A stretch of DNA of 63,593 bases, the filler included, from Reclinomonas americana ATCC 50394 (lineage: Eukaryota): the NCBI GenBank assembly GCA_048213135.1. It is 24 parts of 24 records of this genome, joined end to end, with 100 filler letters (N's around TTAATTAATTAA, not from the genome) between each part and the next. Parts side by side here need not be neighbours in the genome. Positions count along the whole stretch, not along the records: positions 52,501 to 56,267 come from AFZH01022910.1; positions 56,368 to 58,772 come from AFZH01022911.1; positions 58,873 to 61,120 come from AFZH01022914.1; positions 61,221 to 62,419 come from AFZH01022917.1; positions 62,520 to 63,593 come from AFZH01022920.1; 19 more parts are not named here. One strand, 5' to 3'. The translations under genes and the position numbers were made by a program. Shown one piece after another: positions 55,027 through 63,593 of this stretch (its first letter is position 1; every line of letters starts with the position of its first letter). The notes below the pieces were generated by a model that saw only the letters and a list, made by a program, of their open reading frames with translations, ran no database searches and was not told where the DNA came from.

Positions 55027-56143
55027 ACCTTGCTGCATCTGAGTCTTTCCTCTTTCTTCTTTCCTTTTTCTTCTCTTTTTTCTCTTTTTCAGTCGCTGTC
55101 CTTCGTCTTTCTCTCTCTCTCTGTTTCTGCTCTCTCTCCTTCAGCTTTTGTAAAGCTTGCTGCATCTGTGCCTTTTCTGCTGTCCTTGTCTGTCTCCCTC
55201 CCTCCCTCCCGCCGCCTCCATTTGCTATCTCCTTCTTTTCTCTTGCATTCGCTGTCCTTCGTCTCTTTTCCTCTGTCTCCTTCTCCTTTCTGGCTCTCTC
55301 TCCCACTCCCTCTGTGAACCTTGCTGCATCTGCGTCTTTCCTGCTCTGCCTCCCTCCTCTCCAACCTCCTCTTTCTTCTTTTTATTCTTTCTTCTTTTTC
55401 TTTCTTTTTTCTTTCCTTTTTTCATTCGCTGTCCTTTCATCTCTCCCCATTCCCTCTGAAAACCCTTGCTGCATCTGAGCCTTTTCCTGCTGTGATTGTC
55501 AGTCTCCCTTCTTCCTCCTCGTAGCTTCTACATTTCTTTCTTATTTTTCTTTCTTCTTTTTCTTTCTTTTTTCTTTCTTTTTTTTCATTCGCAGTCTTTC
55601 ATCTCTCCCCATTCCTCTGAGACCCCTTGCTGCACCTGAATCTATGTCAGTCTATCTCACCACCTCCTCATTTTCCGCCTTTTGTTTCTCCTTCTCTCTC
55701 ATTCTGTTTCTTTTTTCTGTCTCTCTTTCGTCTCTATCCCACAGCTTTGTCTTCCTCTCTCTCTCTCTCTTATTGTCTCTCTTACTCCCTCTCACTTTGT
55801 CCTCTCTCTCCAACTCCCTCTGTGAACCTTGCTGCATCTGTGTCATTCCTGTTGTCCATGTCAGCCTCTCTCTCGCCTCCTCTTTCTTTTCTTGCATACT
55901 TCTGTCATTCTCTTGCATACGCTGTCCTTCGTCTCTTTCTCTCTGTCTCTTTCTGCGTGTGTGTGTCTCTCTCTCTCTCTCCGTCTCTCTGGCTCTGTCG
56001 CTCTCACGATTTCTCTTACGTCCTCGGCCTATCTCGCTCTGTTTCTCTCTTTCTCTCTCCCACAGCCTTGTCTTTCTCCCCGCTTCTCTCTGTGTCTTTT
56101 CTCTGTCTCTCTCTCTCTCTTTGTCTCTCTCTCTCTCTCTCTT

Positions 56144-56264
<121 letters not shown>

Positions 56265-56456
56265 GTCNNNNNNNNNNNNNNNNNNNNNNNNNNNNNNNNN
56301 NNNNNNNNNNNTTAATTAATTAANNNNNNNNNNNNNNNNNNNNNNNNNNNNNNNNNNNNNNNNNNNNTCTCTTCTTACCTCGTCCGTCTACTCGTCTCTC
56401 TTCTTCTCTTCTCTCTCCTCCACCTCGTCTTCTTCCTCCTCTCTCTCTCGTCTTCT

Positions 56457-56492
<36 letters not shown>

Positions 56493-58090
56493 CTCTTCGT
56501 CTCTCTCTCTCTCTTGTCTCTCTCTCTCTCTCTCTTTGTCTCTCTCTCTCTCTGTCTCTTTCCCTTCCCCCTCCCTCCCTCTCACCCCCATCGCAGCTTC
56601 TCGGTGCTCCCACCACTCCTTCGCTTCGTCGACGAGCACAAGATCCAGGACCCTCGCGTCGACGAGTGGCCTCACCAGCGCATCCACGACGCCGTGTCCG
56701 CGCACAAGGTCTCCGCGGACAGCGGAGAGCACAGGCGACGGCATGTGGTGCTCAACTTTGAGGAGCTGGGCGATGAGGAGGAATAAACGCCAAGGACTGG
56801 AAAAATGCAAAAGGTCTGTCGAGAGCAGAGACGGCAGGGTCGGGAAGAGAAGAGGGGGGAAGGGGTAGGGGATAAAGGTGAAGGGGGCAAGGGGCAGAGG
56901 AAGGGAGGGCTGTGGGAGCGTAGAGGGTTGCCAACAGGTGGGTGAAAAGGGTGAAGGGTGCAATTGAGCAGAGGGAAAGACGGAATGATGGGCGGAGGGG
57001 CAGAGAGAAAGAGGAGAAACAAGGAACTGAGCGTCTAGGGAGATGGGTGCAAGGGGCATAGGGGAGAAGGATTCGAGGGCAGCAGAGGAGAGAGGGAAAG
57101 GGCAAGAGGACGAGAAGGGCGAAGAGACGAGAACGGAAGTGGGAATCAGGGACAAAAAGACGAGAGGGGTAGAGGGACAGAGAGAGGCAGAGAGTCGAGT
57201 GGGACAGAGAGAGGCAGAGGGGCGTGAGGGGAGGAGAGGCGAGAAGGGAAGAGGGAATCAGGGGAATAGAGACGAGAGAGGCAGAAAGACGAGAGGGGAG
57301 GAGAGGTGAGAGACGCAAAGGGACAAGAGACAGAGAGACGAATGGGGAGGAGAGACGAGAGAGGCAAATGGACGAGAGAGGCATAGAGACGAGGGACGAG
57401 TAAGGAATAAGGATGAAAGGAAAGCGGGATGGAGGAGCTGTGGAGCAAAACACCAAAGAGCATGTGGTAGAGGTCACCACGATTGAGAAACAGATGGGCC
57501 TGGGGATGATACGAATTCCCAACATGCGAGAAATTCGCCGCTTGGAACTGACGGAGAATGTGTTCACGAAGTCCATTGCAGTGACGGTCTTACTCAGCGC
57601 AGGTCACAGCGTCACGAACGTTCTCGAGAATGGTCTGAAGCATGTTAGACGAGGCCCGAGTCAAGCGACGAAGAGCCGGCTTGGCGATGCTTGCAGAAAC
57701 GCTTCCTACGACGTCGAGCTGAAGTTCCTCAAACAAAAGACTTCATTCCAATACTGCGACAAACGACCACATCTTCTCCAAGCAGTCATCTTCCCTTCTG
57801 CCTATGCTCTCTTTCAAGTTCCGTGCTTCATTCACCACATTCCAAAAATGCTACGAATGCCCACAAATCCCTTGCCGACAATAACCAAGACACAAGCGAA
57901 GTCGAGCATATTCTTCTCCATCTTCCCTTCCACCTAAAACTCTCTTTCTTTTTCTCTCTCTCTCTCCCTCCCTCCCTCTCTCCCTCCCTCCCTCTCTCCC
58001 TCCTTCTCCTTCTCCTCTTCACACACCCATGAACGTCGCAGCGGGACACCGTCACCTCGTCCTCTCTCGGAAAAACGCAACACGCACACA

Positions 58091-58772
58091 ATGAGCGCTG
58101 AGACAACTCTCCTCACCATCGGCTCCACCTCCGTGACCATCCGCAGCGGCCACCGCCACGCAGCAACACACGAGAGCAGCAGCAAAGGAGGAGAAGACGT
58201 CGACGGCACTGGCCTCACTCTCTGGCTCCCCGCCGTACAACACCTCTGTCACGCACTGCATCACCACCTGAGCACCACCTTGTCCTCCTCATTACCTCCG
58301 CCCACGGTCATCGTCGAGCTCGGCTGCGGAGTCGGCGCTGCAGGAGTCGCCACTGCTGCAGCCATGCAAGCACCCGTCACACTGGTGCTGACGGACGCCG
58401 ACAGCGACGCACTACAGCTGGCCGCGGAAAACGCGCGCGAAAATGCCGTTTCCGCGATGGCGTGTGAGTGGGACTGGAATGCCGGCGAGATGCCGGCGGT
58501 GGTGGGCGAGGCCGTGCGCGATCGTGTGGTGTTGGTGGTGGCGACAGAGGTGGCGTATGTGGAGCGGCATGCACGGGCGTTGGCGCGGGCGATGCGGGCG
58601 GTGTTGGCGGGGAGTGCGGGCGGGAGTGAGTGTTGGATGTGTCATCGGGTGAGGCGGGCGGTGTATCGGAGGCGTGCGGATGGTGTGGTGTGTCAGGAGG
58701 AGACGGATTCGGCGTTGGAGGCGTTTTTGAGGGAGGCGGAGGGGGTGGGAGTGGTGGTGGATGAGGTGGAAG
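58091..58772 (+). CDS. Methyltransf_16 (METTL21-like) protein lysine methyltransferase, 3' partial
   Basis: TGLTLW, VIVELGCGVG, LVLTD, WDW, VVATEVAY. Confidence 0.8.
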
Positions 58773-59149
58773 NNNNNNNNNNNNNNNNNNNNNNNNNNNN
58801 NNNNNNNNNNNNNNNNTTAATTAATTAANNNNNNNNNNNNNNNNNNNNNNNNNNNNNNNNNNNNNNNNNNNNTCCTTCTCCGTTCTCTTCTCTGTTCCTC
58901 TCCCTCCCTCTTCAACTTCTACTCCCTCGCCTCCTGTCTACCTCTCCCGCGTACGTTGTCGCCCATCCCTTTCCCCTTCTGTGGTGTCTTTCTCTCTCTT
59001 GTCCCTTTCATTCTCAGTGTCACTCTCTTATTTTCTTTGCACTCTCTCCCTCTACCTGTCTTGCTCTCCCCTCCTTCCAGGTGTCTTCTCTCGTTCTTTC
59101 CGCCGCCTCTCAGTCTCTCATCTTCCTTCTCATCGTCCTCTCACTTTGG

Positions 59150-60733
59150 GTGAACAGACGGTGGGCGACTATTACCGCACACATGCCCTGTCGCAGTGCC
59201 CGTATGCATGCGAGAGGTGTGGACAGCAGATGACACTTGATCGCACGGCAGAGCACGAGTGGAGTGGATGCTTGCGCGAGTGTCCACTCGGATGTGGAGC
59301 GCGACTGGCGCTGAGTGAGATGGTGGAGCACAGCTGGAGTGGGTGCATGCGAGCATGTCCGCGTGGATGTCAGCAGCTTTGCTCACTGGCGGACATGCAG
59401 CGGCATCTGGGTGAGCGTTTTGAAGGAGAGAGATGTGTATCATGACACTGATTTGATCTCTTGTGGCAGAAACGGAGTGCCGTTTGCAGCATACAGTGTG
59501 TCGTGGTGGTGAACTGGGGTGTGAATGGCGTGGTATTATTGGTGAGAGGGAGGAGCATGAGCGAGTTTGTGATGTGTTGCGTGTGGAGCGACCGCTGCGA
59601 GAGGTGAATTTGGAGTTATGGACTATGGATTCATGCAGCTATTGTGACATGTGTTTGTGTGTACAGCTTCATGGCCGAGTGCGAGAGCTGTCACAACTGG
59701 TGGCCCAGGAGAGAGAGGCAAGACAAACTGACCGTGAACAGCTCGTGGATTGTGTGGGGATGCTTGTCGAGTGCCGACAGCAACTGGCTGATGAGCGGCG
59801 TGCGAGACAAGCCACTGACGAGAAACTTGGATCAGAGCAGCGCATGCGTGAAACACTCGAGAGGGGATTTGCTGAGGTCTGTCATGTGAATGTCGGTGGC
59901 TTAGAGCGCGACGCTCCTTCCCTCACTCCGTCTCCTGTCAATCTGTGCAGCTGCTTGATCGTCTCAAACCTTTGGAGGTGCATGTCAAATCGATTCAGGA
60001 ACGAGAGGCGGCTGAACGCGAGCGGCTGGTCAGAGAGCAGGAAGAGCGAGAGCGACAAGCCAGGGAGCGGGAGGAGCGGGAGCGTGCGGACAGAGAGCGA
60101 GAGGAGCGTGAGCGAGCAGAGAGGAAGGTCATCGACAGCGATCTGCTGAGTGCGGCGGACGGACGAGTGGTGCTGCAGTGGGTGCAGCAAGCGCGAGGAG
60201 GTGGCAGTGTGCCCAGATTGACGTTGCTGTTCAAGGGCTGTCGAGATGGGTTTGCAGCAGCCACATTCCATCAGCGATGTGACAATCGCGGGTGAGTGAT
60301 TGAGGGTAGAGAGTGGTTGTCGACATAGATGACTTATGTGTGAGTAATCGTGCACAGGGCGACGCTGACTGTGGTCAAGTCGTCGACGGGACGAGTGTGC
60401 GGCGGGTACACGCCTGTGTCGTGGCAGTCTGCGGGCGGCTATGTCGCCGATCCATCTGGCACCAGCTTCCTGTTCTCGGCGTCATGGAGTGGCGCAAGTA
60501 CTCGACGCTTTGCGCTGAAGGATGGGTGCAAACAACAGGCCGTTGGTTTCGCCCCCTCATATGGACCAATTTTAGGCTGTGATGACCTTGCCTTGGGTGA
60601 CAATTGCAACAGCAACAGTGGTAGCAACCCTGCCTCGTACCAGAGCACCGACGGAGGAGCATTGGACAAGACGACACTGGTGGGATCGAACACTTTCCAA
60701 GTGGCAGACTACGAAGTCTTTCTCGTTGAGTGA
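59150..60733 (+). CDS. TRAF-type Zn-finger, coiled-coil and TLDc domain protein, multi-exon, 5' partial
   Basis: CPYACERC..EH..C..CPLGC repeats, GCEWRG..EHERVC; LLFKGCRDGFAAATFHQRCDNR, GGYTPVSW, YGPILG..DL, FQVADYEVF. Confidence 0.85.
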
Positions 60734-61674
60734 ATGAGCAATGCTGGAGAGTGATCTTCCTGCAGGTACAGCAACTTCTCTGGCACGCAACAGCAGCAGC
60801 TCTGCAGCTCTCACGACGTTGCCATCACGATGCGGGACACGATCAATCACTGCTCATTACAAGGCGAGAGAGAGCAGGGGTGAATGGGTTTCGAGGACAT
60901 GCTCGAGGGCGCAGGCAGTGGCTCGGCCTCTGCCTCTGCTCCTCCCCCTCCTGCCTCTGATGAGCAGATAGTTCTCGAGCAACAAGTGATGCGACTCAGC
61001 GATGAGGAACAATATGTGTTTCGTGTGGTGCGCGCTGTGCATCGTCGTCCTCCTTCAGAGGAGGGAGAGGAGAATGTGAAGCCACCGCGTTTGTGGATGG
61101 AGCAAGTCGCACAAGAGTCANNNNNNNNNNNNNNNNNNNNNNNNNNNNNNNNNNNNNNNNNNNNTTAATTAATTAANNNNNNNNNNNNNNNNNNNNNNNN
61201 NNNNNNNNNNNNNNNNNNNNAGTGAAGGCAGCGCGATCAGGCGAGGCAAGAGAAGAAAGAGACGCAAGAGAGAAGGGCAAGAGAAAGAATGAGAAGATAA
61301 TGCATTGGAAAGCAGCGAGAGGAAAGAGAAAACAGAGTAAAGGCGGCCAGTAAAGGGACTGAAGAGTACCAAGAGGACGAGGTGAACACAAGATTGGAAT
61401 GACTGAGCTGCAAAGAGAGGGGTGAATGCGGTGCAATCCAGCGAGACAGAGACGAGAACCGGGCTGCACAGGCATGAGTGAGGAGCAAGAGAAAGAATGA
61501 GAGAATGGGTAGGACTGAAAGGAGGAAAGAGAGAGAGACAGGAGTAAAAGGAGTGAAGAGGACAGCGAGGCAAAGAGAGAGGAGTGAACACAAGATAGGA
61601 ATGACTGAGCTGCAAAGAGAGGAGTGAAGGCAACGCAGTCAAGCGAGGCGAGAAGGAAGAAGCAAGTTGATTGA

Positions 61675-61902
61675 TCACTTGCCCTTCCCCTTTCTCCCTT
61701 TCCCCCTCTCCCTCTTATCCCACCCACCTGCATCCCCCTCCTCCGCCACCTCCTTCTTCTTCTTCGGCTTCTCTGCCTTCTCCGACGACTTGGCCGATTT
61801 CTTCTTCTCATCGCCCTTGCCCTCCTTCTCCTTCTTCCCGCCCTTCTTCTTGTCGTCGCCACCGCCCTTGGCGGCAGCGGAGGCGGCCTTTTTTGGAGGC
61901 AT
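61675..61902 (-). CDS. First exon of a Lys-rich protein (MPPKKAASAAAKGGGDDKKK...)
   Basis: ATG followed by AAG/GAG-rich coding-like sequence ending at a GT donor. Confidence 0.4.
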   Translation of the reverse strand: MPPKKAASAAAKGGGDDKKKGGKKEKEGKGDEKKKSAKSSEKAEKPKKKKEVAEEGDAGGWDKRERGKGRKGKGK

Positions 61903-62295
61903 TCTTCTTCCCTTCTCTCTCTTCTTCGCTCGTGCAGAAAAAATTGTGGGACGACGAGAACCGTTAAGTCAACTGGGGGGGGGCACGCGGTGAGAACTAG
62001 GGGTGCCAAGAATAGGAAATTTCAGGAAAGACTCTACAGTGTACAGAAGGAAACCGACCACAATTGACAGGCAAGATAGAAGGAGAGTGAGTGACACACA
62101 CACAGAGAGAGAGAGAGAGATATCTTCTGTCCCTGATGCTCACCTTCACCTGTAAGGGCCGGAGCAGTTCAAAATAACATGCACAACAACATCAGATACG
62201 AAACTGGTGAGAACAACGGCTAACAAAGGCCACAGACAAGCAGAAGCACGCAACTAATATCCTGTTGAGAGGTCACGTGCCATGAATCCATGCGG

Positions 62296-62412
<117 letters not shown>

Positions 62413-63593
62413 GACGACGNNNNNNNNNNNNNNNNNNNNNNNNNNNNNNNNNNNNNNNNNNNNTTAATTAATTAANNNNNNNNNNNNNNNNNNNNNNNNN
62501 NNNNNNNNNNNNNNNNNNNCATGAGACGCAGCAGGAAGCGGACGCAGCGGAGCACCACCACCAGCAGCAGCGGAGTGCAAGAAAAGCAGAAGGAAGAGAA
62601 AGGGCAGGATGAGAGGCACCAACGGCAGCAACAGCAGAGGGAGACAGAGGAGGAGGAAAGAGGAGAGCAAGCAGCCACGAGAGCACCCACTTAGTGCTCT
62701 CTCTCACGGACACGCACGCATTCTCAACACAAAGACGTAAGTGCACCATCGTACTTGCAGCAAAATGGCCGCTGTGGGCGCCAGCGCGGCGTGACGGCAG
62801 GCACGGGCAGGCCTATGGCCCAAGGCTCGCCAGCACTGCTGTCGGTGGCACAGTGCACCACATCGACGGCGCGCGACAGCGGCGCTCCGCTGTACGAGAC
62901 AAGTCAGAAAATGTTGAAGTCCATTCCCGCTCAAAAAACAACAATGCAAACCCCGCACAAACCAAAAGCGCGCGCAAACACACTCACCCTCTCCCGCACC
63001 ACGCAACAACTTGCACGCAGCGGGGAACAGTGCAGTTGAGACAGATGCAGCCAGTGGCGCTGCGACACACAGAGAGGCGAAGGAGGAAGTGAGTGGGAGA
63101 AGATGCGACATGTCCACATGCGGTGCAACAAGAAACACACTCACTCACACTTGCAACGCCGAGACGCGCGTGCTGCAGCATGCCTGGGCTTGAGGGCAAC
63201 ACATTCAAATGAACACAAAGAGAGAGAGAGAGTGAAACAGGAGCACGCGCAAAGAGGCACAGACCAGTGGTGATCAGTCGCGCGGTTTTGTCAACAAGCG
63301 GAACGACTGCTGTGCTTGCCTCAGCCCCTTGACAACGGGAGCAGTGAGCGCACTACAGAGGGGGCCATGGCGCTCGTGCAAATGGTGACAACTGAGATCT
63401 CCGCTCACAGCAAATGAAGAAAATGTGTGTGAGTCTCGACGGAATGGAGCGTGAGTGTGGAACGACGCAGCAGCGGGTTACGCACGCCACCACTGCTGCC
63501 TGCGACGAAGATGACTAGAGTGATTACTCGCCGTGTGGTCAGCGATCACACACACACAGCACAAGCCTGAGTGGCGCGCGAGACAACTCGCTG

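Overview
This window is not one locus. It is 24 short contigs joined by an artificial 100-bp linker (N44-TTAATTAATTAA-N44, stops in all six frames), from three sources. (1) GC-rich, intron-rich protist DNA (1-2696, 17865-32987, 48486-63593) encoding a TBC RabGAP, KIN17, a BTB-pentapeptide protein, WD40, a METTL21-like methyltransferase, TRAF-TLDc, a PH-alcohol dehydrogenase fusion and a secreted acidic/(KPG)n protein. (2) Ordinary alphaproteobacterial (Hyphomicrobiales-like) fragments (33088-48385): regulators, transporters, pdxA, corA, a MazF-type TA pair and a REP-like palindrome. (3) The highlight: four very AT-rich contigs (2797-17764) that together form most of an integrating Polinton-like virus (PLV). 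It has a double-jelly-roll major capsid, a penton, an A32 packaging ATPase, a parvovirus-type PLA2, phage-tail-fibre-like proteins, an rve integrase, an SF3 helicase and an apparent protein-primed PolB with an N-terminal OTU-like protease split across a gap. It also has a C2H2 finger, Tlr6F-like genes and IpaH-type LRR proteins. One arm occurs in two mosaic variants. A GGCTTAAA motif sits upstream of four non-structural genes and of none of the capsid-module genes, and hairpins lie between convergent genes. All family assignments come from motif recognition by eye; no database search was run.
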